A DNA stretch of 64,000 bases. Source: Bacillota bacterium (lineage in GTDB: Bacteria > Bacillota > Desulfitobacteriia > Desulfitobacteriales > JAJXUE01). A program made the position numbers and the translations under genes. The stretch spans positions 4,115-68,114 of the forward strand of contig JAJXUE010000010.1 in the NCBI GenBank assembly GCA_021783135.1, given 5' to 3'. Each line of letters opens with the position of its first letter. Position 1 is the first letter of the stretch. Of this stretch, positions 1 through 8,893 are shown one piece after another. The notes beneath the pieces are model-generated. The model had not been told where the DNA came from. It made no database searches and worked only from the letters and a program-made list of their open reading frames with translations.

Positions 1-627
1 TGCCGACATACCTTGACGAAGGACGAAGAAGAAGTGAGGCGCAAAAGCAATTAGGATGAGCACAGTTAAGAGCAACATGTGCACGGAATAGAACCTGGTC
101 AAGGTAGCTCCGGTTACCTCGGAGCCATTGCGCATAACACGTACGACAAATTCCCCAATTAACGGAACATAGGCAGCCATAGCCGTACCCACAGTCGAGG
201 CCCAATATCCTTGTTGATCCCAAGGTAGGAGGTAACCGGTAAAGGATAGGCCAATGGTGCCGATCAATAATATAACACCCAATAACCATGTCAGTTCCCG
301 CGGTTTTTTGTACGCCGCCTCGTAAAAAACGCGCAGTAGGTGGAATAAGACGAGTACAATCATGAAATTAGCGCCCCAGCTATGAATCGAGCGCACGAAA
401 TGGCCGACAGGTGTGGCCTCCAAGTTCTTGATACTTTCCCAAGCATCCGTGGCTGATGGGATATAAGCCGTTGCTAGTAATATTCCCGTAATCGCCTGGC
501 TGAGGAAGATAAAGAATGTAGCAAAGCCCAGATAGTCCATAAAGCTGCTCGGCTTGGGTACGGGATGTTCAAACATGGAAGCTATTAGAGTGCTGAACTG
601 TAGACGTTCATCCAGCCATTTTTTCAT
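1..627 (-). CDS. qcrB: cytochrome b (b6-type, QcrB/PetB-like); 3' end cut by window edge
   Basis: Hand translation of the minus strand from ATG 627..625 gives MKKWLDERLQFSTLIASMFEHPVPKPSSFMDYLGFATFFIFLSQAITGILLATAYIPSATDAWESIKNLEATPVGHFVRSIHSWGANFM. This matches the conserved N-terminal helices of cytochrome b. The start overlaps the Rieske stop (TAATG). It is absent from the ORF track because it runs off the window. Confidence 0.85.
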   Translation of the reverse strand, partial: MKKWLDERLQFSTLIASMFEHPVPKPSSFMDYLGFATFFIFLSQAITGILLATAYIPSATDAWESIKNLEATPVGHFVRSIHSWGANFMIVLVLFHLLRVFYEAAYKKPRELTWLLGVILLIGTIGLSFTGYLLPWDQQGYWASTVGTAMAAYVPLIGEFVVRVMRNGSEVTGATLTRFYSVHMLLLTVLILIAFAPHFFFVLRQGMSA

Positions 628-1085
628 TACGTCAAGCGCCCCCCAACCATAACGTTATCACCTTGTTGTTGGATAACTCTGCGCGGCAAGGGGTGAGGCG
701 GTGGGCCGCCAAGCACATTGCCATTAATATCATATATGCCACCATGACAGGGACAAAAGTATTTTTTGGAGGATTGTGACCAGGCGACCGGGCAGTTTAA
801 GTGAGTACAGTGAAAATCTAAGGCCAGCCAGTTTCCATTGCCTAGGTTGGTAACGTATACCCCTTCTTTCACCCCAACACCTTGATAGGAAACCATGGTA
901 GGAATGCCTTGGGGGAAATCCTTGACGCTGCCAACCTTCTCGAGTGGTTCGGTATTTTCTGGCGGAGGCCAGAGGTAGCTTCCGGCCAAGCCCAGATAAC
1001 CTAAACCCATTGCCCCGCTGATAACCCCAACTCCCCATTTGAAAAAGCGCCGGCGCGGAACTTTAGTGGTATTTTTTGTTTGCAT
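627..1085 (-). CDS. qcrA: Rieske 2Fe-2S subunit of a bc/b6f-type quinol oxidoreductase, Tat-exported
   Basis: Twin-arginine signal (RRRFFKWG). Rieske boxes CTHLNC and CPCHGG are present. It is translationally coupled to the downstream cytochrome b gene. Confidence 0.9.
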   Translation of the reverse strand: MQTKNTTKVPRRRFFKWGVGVISGAMGLGYLGLAGSYLWPPPENTEPLEKVGSVKDFPQGIPTMVSYQGVGVKEGVYVTNLGNGNWLALDFHCTHLNCPVAWSQSSKKYFCPCHGGIYDINGNVLGGPPPHPLPRRVIQQQGDNVMVGGRLT

Positions 1086-1303
1086 GTAATACCCCCCTTA
1101 GTTTTTGGTTGACCTTGCTTATTTTTCCTTGGCAGCATAGTTAATATGCGGCGGAATAGCATCGTTCGGCTTGAGTTGGATAAAAAAAAGCCAAGATGAA
1201 AATTTATTGGAAAATCGGGCAGACTAAAAGAGCAATTAAAACCTCAATACAACTTGCAATGGTTATGTTGAGGTTGGAAAAACATGCAGAGGGAGGATTA
1301 CAC

Positions 1304-1855
1304 ATGCCAAACAAAATCCTTACAGGTTTGATGCTGGTACTGGGTTGTACCTTTGTCGCTGTTGGCTGTAGTACTCAGCAAACTCCGGCCCCGGCCCCAA
1401 CAGCTACAAACGCCGCATCTGTAGCCAGTGTTAACACCAAAGTTGACAACATTGTATCCAAAGGTTTGTATAGGTTTGGCCCGCCCATGATGGGAGTTTC
1501 CGACAGCTATGACAACATGTATTTTGCGGCGAAAGGCGGCAACTGGGCACTTGCCGACTACATGGGTGACGTGATGGATGATTTCATGGCACCGGCTCAG
1601 CTTACTAAAGCGAGCTTATACTCCCAATGGTCCGGATTTTATAAGGGTAACTTGGGTGATGGCACTGCTTTGCGCAAAGCGATAGCAAGTAAGGATTTCA
1701 CCGCATTTACCAAGGCCTATACCGCGACAATGACCAACATGTGCAATACCTGTCACAGCAATAACGGTTTTAAATTTATTAAAAAAATCCAGGCTACATC
1801 ACCGGCGGTGGACCTCGATTATACAGTTAAATCTGACGCCAGCGAAAATCAGTAA
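1304..1855 (+). CDS. lipoprotein c-type cytochrome with a single C-terminal CxxCH (class II / cytochrome c'-like layout)
   Basis: GAGGGAGGA Shine-Dalgarno (SD) sequence lies 7 nt before ATG 1304. Signal peptide has a lipobox-like AVGC. The only heme motif, CNTCH, is near the C-terminus. The upstream part of the track ORF (from 1196) has no SD. Confidence 0.7.
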   Translation: MPNKILTGLMLVLGCTFVAVGCSTQQTPAPAPTATNAASVASVNTKVDNIVSKGLYRFGPPMMGVSDSYDNMYFAAKGGNWALADYMGDVMDDFMAPAQLTKASLYSQWSGFYKGNLGDGTALRKAIASKDFTAFTKAYTATMTNMCNTCHSNNGFKFIKKIQATSPAVDLDYTVKSDASENQ

Positions 1856-1868
1856 AAACAAGCAAATT

Positions 1869-1912
1869 AATAAGCCTACACCTTGTCTGAAACGGTGTAG
1901 GCTTATTTGTAC
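1869..1912 (+). terminator. intrinsic terminator after the cytochrome c gene
   Basis: 14 bp stem AATAAGCCTACACC / GGTGTAGGCTTATT followed by TTGT. Confidence 0.75.
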
Positions 1913-1981
1913 TATAAATTTTGCAGACCAATAAACCAAGCATGGTATAATTAAACTGACTCATGCAACTGGGGGTTAAAA

Positions 1982-2182
1982 ATGGTCAGAAGGCGTTGGA
2001 GAGGCTTGCGGTCTGCGGCGTTTCGCCGGACAGTGTTTACACTGATGTTAATTTGCCTTTTTGGGGTAGGTGTTTGGCTGGGGCTGCAGCAAACCGACCA
2101 CACGCAGAGCAAACAACTTAAGTTATTGCAGGATAAGGTTCAGGAGCTTGAGGCCCAGGTTAAGCAACTCCAACAGCACTAG
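1982..2182 (+). CDS. small membrane-anchored coiled-coil protein (unknown function)
   Basis: GGGGG SD before the ATG. An extended -10 element (TGgTATAAT, 1943-1951) lies upstream. The protein has an Arg-rich N-terminus, one TM helix and a heptad-like KLLQDKVQELEAQVKQLQQ tail. Confidence 0.45.
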   Translation: MVRRRWRGLRSAAFRRTVFTLMLICLFGVGVWLGLQQTDHTQSKQLKLLQDKVQELEAQVKQLQQH

Positions 2183-2230
2183 ACCATTGGGCTGGCTAGA
2201 CAAATAATGAAGAAGAAGGGTGTCGTGTGT

Positions 2231-3337
2231 ATGCAAGCAGATGTATTTTTTATCGATATGCATGCCAAGGGAGGGAGTGGCCTGCTGACTAAATTGGAAA
2301 GGCTGATTGATCAGGCCGGGTTTAACGACTTGATTGCCCCAAACGATTTGGCAGCAGTAAAACTCCACTTTGGTGAACGAGGAAATTTGGCATATGTCAG
2401 ACCGCAGTACATAAGAAGAATAGTAGCAAAACTAAAGAGCTATGGTGCCAAACCGTTTCTTACCGATGCCAATACTTTATATGTGGGTTCGCGTGCTAAT
2501 GCTGTAGACCATCTGGAAACAGCGGTGGAAAACGGATTTGATTATGCCGTGATCGGAGCCCCTTTGGTCATTGCTGACGGATTGAACGGCAAGGACTATG
2601 TGAGTGTACCTGTGGGTTTGAAGCATTTTCAAGAAGTCAAAATCGGCAGCGCCGCAGTCCATGCGGATGCGATAGTAGCTGTAACCCATTTCAAAGGGCA
2701 TGAAGCTACCGGTTTTGGCGGTACGTTAAAGAATTTAGGTATGGGTCTGGGCAGCCGAGCCGGCAAGCAAATGCAACATTCCGATATCTTACCGCATGTG
2801 GATAAGGCCAAGTGCACAGGCTGTACAAGATGTACAAAATTCTGCCCCGCTGATGCGATTGAGGTCATTGACATGAAGGCGGAAGTAAATCAGGCCAAGT
2901 GTATAGGGTGCGGTGAATGCACTGTAACCTGCACTTTCCAAGCAATTGCGATCAACTGGAAAACATCTGCCGATGTTATCCAGGAAAAAATTGCGGAATA
3001 CACCCTGGGAGTGCTTAAAAACAAGCAGGGCAAAGCCGGCTTTATCACTTTTGTGACCCAAGTGAGCCCTGACTGTGATTGCTGCGCTTGGAATGACGTT
3101 CCCATTGTGGGCGACATCGGTATTCTGGCATCCAAGGATCCGGTTGCTATTGATCAAGCTGCGGTGGATCTAATTAATCAGGCCCAAGGAGTAGCAGGCT
3201 CAAGGCTGGGGCAAGATGTATCTGCACACGATAAGTTTCGGGTGATTCATCCGGCTGTTGATTGGTCGGTACAGCTTAGTTATGGTGAAGAAATTGGCCT
3301 AGGGACTCGTAATTATAAGCTAATTCAAGTAAAGTAG
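2231..3337 (+). CDS. DUF362-family protein with inserted 2x[4Fe-4S] ferredoxin domain
   Basis: Motifs CTGCTRCTKFCP and CIGCGECTVTC. The overall layout is typical of DUF362 Fe-S proteins. Start set at the internal ATG (MQADVFFID). Confidence 0.75.
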   Translation: MQADVFFIDMHAKGGSGLLTKLERLIDQAGFNDLIAPNDLAAVKLHFGERGNLAYVRPQYIRRIVAKLKSYGAKPFLTDANTLYVGSRANAVDHLETAVENGFDYAVIGAPLVIADGLNGKDYVSVPVGLKHFQEVKIGSAAVHADAIVAVTHFKGHEATGFGGTLKNLGMGLGSRAGKQMQHSDILPHVDKAKCTGCTRCTKFCPADAIEVIDMKAEVNQAKCIGCGECTVTCTFQAIAINWKTSADVIQEKIAEYTLGVLKNKQGKAGFITFVTQVSPDCDCCAWNDVPIVGDIGILASKDPVAIDQAAVDLINQAQGVAGSRLGQDVSAHDKFRVIHPAVDWSVQLSYGEEIGLGTRNYKLIQVK

Positions 3338-3439
3338 TTGTTTTCTAAAATTGTCTAACTAATGGGGAAATATGTTATAATGATAGTAATATTATATAGT
3401 GTCCTCTAATGTTTGGATTGCATGAAAGGGGAGATGGTC

Positions 3440-4015
3440 ATGCGGATCCAGAAAGTAAATGAAAGTACCTTGCGCATATTTCTTTCCTTTAGTGAATTAG
3501 CCGAACGCGATATTTCAATGACGGATTTATTTCAGCGCTCGACAAAAACTGAGCAGCTGTTCTGGGAAATGATCGCTAAGGCCGGCGAGGAAGTTGAGTT
3601 TGTTCTGGATGAACCTTTTTGGATTCAGGCGACGGTTATGTCCGGCGAGGAGTTTGTAATTACTGTTGTTAAACAGGCGGAACCGGACGAACAAACCCGC
3701 GACCTAAAAACAAAACCAAAGCGGCGTCCGCGCAGCACGGAATGGATTTATCGTTTTTCGGACTGGGAACATCTAGTGCTTGCTGTTCAACAACTCGGCG
3801 CTAATGCAGCTCCTAAATCGAGTATCTATTTTGTCCAGCCGGACTACTATCTTGTATTGAGCTCGCGAGGAATTACGGGTGCGCAAAGGCATAAGTTTGA
3901 GGCTGTGCTCAAGGAATTTGGCGAAAAAGTTAATACGACTAAGGTGTATCTGCAGGAATACGGTAAACTCATTCAGGCTGATAATGCTTTAGAAACTATC
4001 AAACGATATTTTTGA
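3440..4015 (+). CDS. mecA: adaptor protein MecA
   Basis: N-terminus MRIQKVNESTLRIFLSFSELAERDISMTDL plus an acidic linker and C-terminal domain are typical of MecA. AAAGGGGA SD precedes ATG 3440. Confidence 0.8.
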   Translation: MRIQKVNESTLRIFLSFSELAERDISMTDLFQRSTKTEQLFWEMIAKAGEEVEFVLDEPFWIQATVMSGEEFVITVVKQAEPDEQTRDLKTKPKRRPRSTEWIYRFSDWEHLVLAVQQLGANAAPKSSIYFVQPDYYLVLSSRGITGAQRHKFEAVLKEFGEKVNTTKVYLQEYGKLIQADNALETIKRYF

Positions 4016-4032
4016 GCAAACATGTAAGTAAA

Positions 4033-4066
4033 ACACCTGTGATTAGCAAAATCACAGGTGTTATTT
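4033..4066 (+). terminator. intrinsic terminator after mecA
   Basis: 11 bp perfect stem ACACCTGTGAT / ATCACAGGTGT, 7 nt loop, then TATTT. Confidence 0.8.
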
Positions 4067-4081
4067 AAATCAAAGATGCAA

Positions 4082-4252
4082 TTATTTACTGGCGGGTAGG
4101 AATAAGTTGGGGATATGGCGTAAACATAGATGGCAGACGAATTTGCCTTTAAATAGGGTTAAGCTCTCCACTTTCCGGCAAAAGATACAGCCGCGGTCGA
4201 GGGAACGTTTTCTCTCTGATTTGCGGTTGGGACTAGGTTTGTAAGGTTTCAT
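4082..4252 (-). CDS. 56-aa zinc-ribbon protein, tentatively sigma-G inhibitor Gin/CsfB-like
   Basis: Below the ORF-track length cutoff. Hand translation: MKPYKPSPNRKSERKRSLDRGCIFCRKVESLTLFKGKFVCHLCLRHIPNLFLPASK. AGGAG SD lies 7 nt before the ATG. The CxxC-14 aa-CxxC spacing with KFVC resembles B. subtilis CsfB (CVIC..15..KFICLDC, recalled from memory). Confidence 0.45.
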   Translation of the reverse strand: MKPYKPSPNRKSERKRSLDRGCIFCRKVESLTLFKGKFVCHLCLRHIPNLFLPASK

Positions 4253-4461
4253 TTTACCACGCTCCTGACGAAAACGTCATGTAATGTAAGAACAGTCCTA
4301 TCTTACACCAAACTACTTGTCGAAATCCTGAGAAGTATGGGAACAAAATTCACTTACTATAAAAGAATTTTAGTACAACACATAGGTTAATTCCAAAAAT
4401 AGGTAAATACTTAACTTTTAAAGCATTTTTTACCATTATTATTCAATTTTTACCGAATGAT

Positions 4462-4490
4462 TTGACAGGAATATATTGGAATATTATACT
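4462..4490 (+). promoter_or_regulatory. sigma-A type promoter for the DUF1405 gene
   Basis: TTGACA, 17 nt spacer, TATACT, about 60 nt upstream of the start codon in an AT-rich spacer. Confidence 0.45.
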
Positions 4491-4550
4491 AAATACTATA
4501 TTGCAAGCGCCTGGCGACTAATCTGATGCTATGGCCTCGAACGAGATGGA

Positions 4551-5153
4551 GTGAAAGACTTGGAGCGTTTTTTTCGGCTCCTCCAGTTTCCTCTGCAAAA
4601 AAGATGGTTTCTGTGGGCGTTGCTCGTGATCAATATTTTAGGTTCAGCCTATGGATTTTATTGGTATCGCTTTCAGTTGGCTGAAACGCCGTGGTACTAT
4701 CTTATTTTTGTGCCGGATAGTCCATTATCCAGCAGCTTGTTTTGTGTGGCCTTGACACTTATTTTGGCGCGTAAGCCTAATTCATTGATTCAGTTATGGG
4801 CATATCTTTGGGCAATTAAATATGGCATATGGGCGGTCATTATCAATGGAGACGTTGCTTACTCCTATACCGCCATGTTCAGCCGAGAAAACTTGATGTT
4901 AGCGCTATCCCATGCCGGCATGGCCCTGGAAGGGTTTATCTTTCTGCGCCACTTAAATTTTAACGTTCGGCAGCTCGGAATTGTCGCAGCGTGGTTGTTT
5001 ATCAATGACTTTGTTGATTATGTGCTGAATCAGCATCCGTTTTTATTTGCGCCCAGCCAGTTGGCTCTGGCGCAGGCGGCTGCAGTAACCTTGTCCTTAG
5101 GCCTGATTATCATCGCTAGATACTTTTTGCAGCGGCAAAATATGCTCGCCTAG
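4551..5153 (+). CDS. DUF1405-family integral membrane protein
   Basis: About 200 aa with 5-6 TM helices. N-terminal pattern (LLVINILGSAYGFYWY...PDSPLSS) is as in DUF1405 proteins of Firmicutes. GTG start. Confidence 0.7.
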   Translation: MKDLERFFRLLQFPLQKRWFLWALLVINILGSAYGFYWYRFQLAETPWYYLIFVPDSPLSSSLFCVALTLILARKPNSLIQLWAYLWAIKYGIWAVIINGDVAYSYTAMFSRENLMLALSHAGMALEGFIFLRHLNFNVRQLGIVAAWLFINDFVDYVLNQHPFLFAPSQLALAQAAAVTLSLGLIIIARYFLQRQNMLA

Positions 5154-5256
5154 CATGTCTGATTTTGAAGGATTTGTTTGTATATTGTCGAATGCATATT
5201 ACTGACATAAGTTGTTAATTTTATTAGCATTAGGGGTGTTAGTGTTGGTTATACCC

Positions 5257-5898
5257 ATGAGCCTTAATCCTGAATTCCAAAAGGCTATGCGCGGGTATCG
5301 CGTGGAAGAAGTAGATGAATTTGTTAATCAAATTTCAGCTGCTTATGAGCAAGTTAGACGTGAGCTATTAGTGGTGAAGGATGAAAACGCCAGACTTACC
5401 AAACAACTAGAATACTTCCAGGCCATAGAAAGTTCATTGAATAAAGCATTAGTAGCCGCCCAACAGAAGGCGGAAGAGATTGTGAATAATGCCCAGGATG
5501 AGGTTAATGGTTCTTTGATAGATTCGCGCGAGAGATTAACCAACATAAATACAGAAATTGCTCAAATTTTGGCTGGTGCAGCGGAAAAATCTCGTCAAAT
5601 TGAAGAAGAAGCACACCAGAAGGCAGAAGAGATATTATTACAAGTGCAGCAACAAGCTGGGGTACAAGCGGACAGGTATGCGCAGACCATGCAACGCGTG
5701 GTCGAAACCCGCCAGAGTTTAATTAGAACGCTGGGCGAGTTTGTGCAGCAATTGGACAGCATGGACAGCGGTGAGCTTGTTGCGGTCGCGGCAAGTGCTG
5801 ACAGCGGTTTAAGTGAAAGTTCTGAGGAACAGTCTGTTGTCGGGGAACAGTCTGCCACTGATGAAGCTGCCGCAACTGGCAGCGATAATAGCCGTTAG
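5257..5898 (+). CDS. divIVA: DivIVA-domain cell-division protein
   Basis: N-terminus MSLNPEFQKAMRGYRVEEVDEFVNQI matches the DivIVA lipid-binding domain and is followed by a long coiled coil. The start is uncertain; the track ORF begins at 5212. Confidence 0.75.
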   Translation: MSLNPEFQKAMRGYRVEEVDEFVNQISAAYEQVRRELLVVKDENARLTKQLEYFQAIESSLNKALVAAQQKAEEIVNNAQDEVNGSLIDSRERLTNINTEIAQILAGAAEKSRQIEEEAHQKAEEILLQVQQQAGVQADRYAQTMQRVVETRQSLIRTLGEFVQQLDSMDSGELVAVAASADSGLSESSEEQSVVGEQSATDEAAATGSDNSR

Positions 5899-5969
5899 CT
5901 ACAGGGAAATGGGTAGGAGCAGGCTTGGCCTGCTTTCTTGGTTTATTGGGCATGTAGGGGGGCAGTGGT

Positions 5970-7382
5970 TTGGAACAATTACGTCGTGCAAGGTTGCGAG
6001 AAATCCCGCCTGTAAATGAATTAAGCCAACACAGTCGGTTGCGTGAATTACAGCAAAATATTGCACCGGCCAGAATTACGGAATGCGTACAAGTGATGCT
6101 CAATGAATTGCGTCGGCAAATACTCGCCGCCAAGGATATAGACGAGTTAGCCCATCCGCTCCAAATTGATGCGCTGGCAGACGCAGTATATGCGCAATTG
6201 AGCGCAGGATTTGCCTTTCGCTTGCAGCGCGTCGTAAATGCGACCGGTATAGTGCTGCATACTAATTGCGGCCGTTCTGTGTTACCGGCAGAGGCACTGC
6301 AACGCATCGTCGCGATAGCAGGAGGATATGCCAATTTGGAGTTGAACCTGGCAACCGGCGAAAGAGGATCGCGCTACTGGCACGTTGAGGAACTCCTGTG
6401 CCGCCTTACCGGTGCAGAGGCGGCTATGGTGGTCAATAACAATGCTGCTGCGGTGTTGCTAGTGATGCATGCCCTGGCCGCCGGTCAGGAGGTAATAGTA
6501 TCACGAGGTGAGTTAGTAGAAGTGGGTGGGGCCTTTCGCATTCCCGAGGTCTTAAAGGCCGGTGGGGCAAAATTAGTGGAGGTTGGCACGACCAATAAAA
6601 CCAGACCGAGCGATTTTGCCACAGCGGTTACGGACAATACAGCTCTGCTGTTGAAGGTTCATACAAGTAACTATCGGGTAGTAGGTTTTACGCAAATGGT
6701 TAGTGCGACCGAACTGGTCGAGGTAAGCAAAGCAACAGGAATTCCTGTAGTGGAAGACCTTGGCAGTGGTACCTTGATTGATCTCAAGTGCTGGGGTTTG
6801 CCGGAGGAGCCGACTGTGCAAGCGGAAATAGCTGCTGGTATGGACCTGGTCACATTTAGTGGCGACAAGCTGCTCGGCGGTCCCCAAGCAGGCATTATTG
6901 TGGGCAAACAGGAATTTATTGCCAAGCTCAAGGCGGATCAGCTCACCCGGGCTTTGCGCATTGACAAACTGACTCTAACAGCTCTGGAAGCCACCTTGCG
7001 ACTGTACTTAACCGGCTCGTTGCAAAGCATTCCTACTTTACAGATGTTGGCTGTGCGCGAGGAGGAATTGAATGCGGCGGCAGAACAATTGGCTTGCGAG
7101 CTGCGCAATGTAGTGGGAAAGGCAGCCGATATTGCAGTAATTCCGGAATTTTCCCAGGTTGGCGGTGGTTCTCTGCCTACGGCTGACATACCAACTTTTG
7201 CGGTGAGCATTGCACCGCGCGTGGGTACGGTCAATAAATTAGAGGATTTTCTGCGTTCGGCCACAACGCCGATTTTGGCGCGAATTCAACACGATAAACT
7301 CTTATTGGATGTACGTACTCTACTGCCGGGAGATGCAACAATAATAGCCCAAGTGTGTAGCGCTTGGGCTGAGGGATATTAG
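5970..7382 (+). CDS. selA: L-seryl-tRNA(Sec) selenium transferase
   Basis: 470 aa. The PLP-lysine region FSGDKLLGGPQAGIIVGK and the KVHTSNYRVVGFT motif are typical of SelA. TTG start follows an AGGGGGG SD. Confidence 0.9.
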   Translation: MEQLRRARLREIPPVNELSQHSRLRELQQNIAPARITECVQVMLNELRRQILAAKDIDELAHPLQIDALADAVYAQLSAGFAFRLQRVVNATGIVLHTNCGRSVLPAEALQRIVAIAGGYANLELNLATGERGSRYWHVEELLCRLTGAEAAMVVNNNAAAVLLVMHALAAGQEVIVSRGELVEVGGAFRIPEVLKAGGAKLVEVGTTNKTRPSDFATAVTDNTALLLKVHTSNYRVVGFTQMVSATELVEVSKATGIPVVEDLGSGTLIDLKCWGLPEEPTVQAEIAAGMDLVTFSGDKLLGGPQAGIIVGKQEFIAKLKADQLTRALRIDKLTLTALEATLRLYLTGSLQSIPTLQMLAVREEELNAAAEQLACELRNVVGKAADIAVIPEFSQVGGGSLPTADIPTFAVSIAPRVGTVNKLEDFLRSATTPILARIQHDKLLLDVRTLLPGDATIIAQVCSAWAEGY

Positions 7383-7405
7383 GGTGCGAGCTTGATGGTC
7401 TGGGC

Positions 7406-8311
7406 TTAGAGCGCATTGTCTGCTAGATTCATGGCGTGTTGGAAGTAGGCTATACAAGTGGCGACTATGGGTGAGGGTTGCTTGTCTTTATGCTGAATCA
7501 GATAGAACTGGCGTGTCAGTTTACTGCCTTTGATGGGGCGTAAAGCTAAGGTCCCTGTGCTTTCTTCCATTTTTGCCGCTGCATGGGACACAATACTGAT
7601 ACCTAAATTGGCTGCTACTGCATGTTTAATCCCTTCGGTTCCTGTGAATTCCATGGTGGGATCAATTGCCAGGCCTGCGCGGGCAAAGGACTCTTCGATC
7701 ACAAGTCGGGTACCGGAGCCTTGTTCACGCAAAATAACATTCTGACCGATAAAATCTGTTAAGGCAAGTGACGTCTTGGCGCTGAGCGGGTTTTGCGGTG
7801 CCAAAATAGCAATTAAATTGTCTTGCCACAAGGGCAGCAGCCGTAAACTGGGATTGGGTGTTAAGCCGTGGCCCACAACACCGAAGTCTAACTCATTGGC
7901 CAAGACTTTTTGTGCGATGCCGGCGGAATTGGCAACCTCGACATGGAGTTCCACTGTTTGATGTTCGTGCTTGAAACCGGCTAAAATCGTCGGTAAAAGG
8001 AAATTGCCGGGCGTGGTGCTTGAGCCGATGTGTACGATTCCTTTTACACTTCCCTTAAGCTCTGCTAACGCCCGTTCTGCCTCCTGCAACATACTGATAA
8101 TGCTTTCACTGTAACCGAACAATACGCGGCCGGCAGGGGTGAGGTAAATCGATTTGCCTAATTGCTCGACCAATTCTAGGCCTAAACTTTCCTCTAACTT
8201 TTGTAAATGGATGGATACAGTGGGCTGGCTCAAATTTAGCTGCACGGCAGCTTTAGAAAAACTATGCAGACGCGCAACGGCAGCAAATATTTTTAACTGA
8301 TGTAGATTCAT
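7406..8311 (-). CDS. LysR-family transcriptional regulator
   Basis: N-terminal wHTH (MNLHQLKIFAAVARLHSFSKAAVQLNLSQPTVSIHLQKLE) plus a LysR substrate-binding domain. GGAGGG SD. Confidence 0.9.
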   Translation of the reverse strand: MNLHQLKIFAAVARLHSFSKAAVQLNLSQPTVSIHLQKLEESLGLELVEQLGKSIYLTPAGRVLFGYSESIISMLQEAERALAELKGSVKGIVHIGSSTTPGNFLLPTILAGFKHEHQTVELHVEVANSAGIAQKVLANELDFGVVGHGLTPNPSLRLLPLWQDNLIAILAPQNPLSAKTSLALTDFIGQNVILREQGSGTRLVIEESFARAGLAIDPTMEFTGTEGIKHAVAANLGISIVSHAAAKMEESTGTLALRPIKGSKLTRQFYLIQHKDKQPSPIVATCIAYFQHAMNLADNAL

Positions 8312-8348
8312 TAATTTAAACCCTCCAATGTGGTAGGTTACACAAAAT

Positions 8349-8388
8349 AGCTCTAAAGTCTGGCCGAGAGAGGCCAGACTTTAGAGCT
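8349..8388 (-). terminator. intrinsic terminator after the small membrane-protein gene
   Basis: 17 bp perfect stem AGCTCTAAAGTCTGGCC / GGCCAGACTTTAGAGCT with a 6 nt loop. TATTTTGTGT follows on the minus strand. Confidence 0.75.
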
Positions 8389-8391
8389 ATT

Positions 8392-8802
8392 TTACTTGTC
8401 TAGGATGATTGATTTGCCGATAGTAATACCGAGCCAGAAGGCGCCAAGGGCCTCCATCAACAAACGTAGCTGGTCATCTTGTAATACGAAATTAGGTAGC
8501 GGGAAATGTAAAACTGCTACGAAAAAGGGAAGCAATGTGAGGATTAATGCCGGCAGGCCGTATATGAGTAACAACCACCAGTCCGTATGACCGGCAACCT
8601 TACCAGTAAAATATGACCATAACCGCGGCAGTTCCAAAGCAAAGCCGGGGATAACTAACCATAGAGCCATAATCAGGCGATGAATGAAGTAAGAAGTATT
8701 GGTCGTTGCCAAGCGAGGGAGTGCATTAAGATGCCAGTTAAACAAAATCAAGCCCGTAATGACTAAAACGGTACCGAGTAAATAAAGTATTTTTGTGCGC
8801 AA
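8392..8802 (-). CDS. integral membrane protein, unknown function (4 TM)
   Basis: Hydrophobic 136-aa ORF with its own promoter (8851-8878), an AGAGAGG SD, a TTG start and its own terminator. Confidence 0.55.
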   Translation of the reverse strand: MRTKILYLLGTVLVITGLILFNWHLNALPRLATTNTSYFIHRLIMALWLVIPGFALELPRLWSYFTGKVAGHTDWWLLLIYGLPALILTLLPFFVAVLHFPLPNFVLQDDQLRLLMEALGAFWLGITIGKSIILDK

Positions 8803-8850
8803 GCTCTACAACCTCTCTTTACCGATTTAAGTGAGTCCTACTTTGTGATA

Positions 8851-8878
8851 ATTATAACATTTAATCGCTGCTTGGCAA
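8851..8878 (-). promoter_or_regulatory. sigma-A type promoter (minus strand) for the membrane-protein gene
   Basis: On the minus strand: TTGCCA, 16 nt spacer, TATAAT. Confidence 0.45.
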
Positions 8879-8893
8879 CATATTTCTAGGGAA

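Noticed and set aside
5723-6334. 203-aa minus-strand ORF antisense to divIVA/selA. Similar long antisense ORFs occur at 21001-21495, 37856-38350, 42874-43428, 47914-48546 and 52644-53066.
   Set aside because: - Each lies entirely inside a well-supported gene on the other strand.
- They have no SD.
- Their composition is low-complexity and Ser/Ala/Cys/Pro-rich, typical of shadow ORFs.
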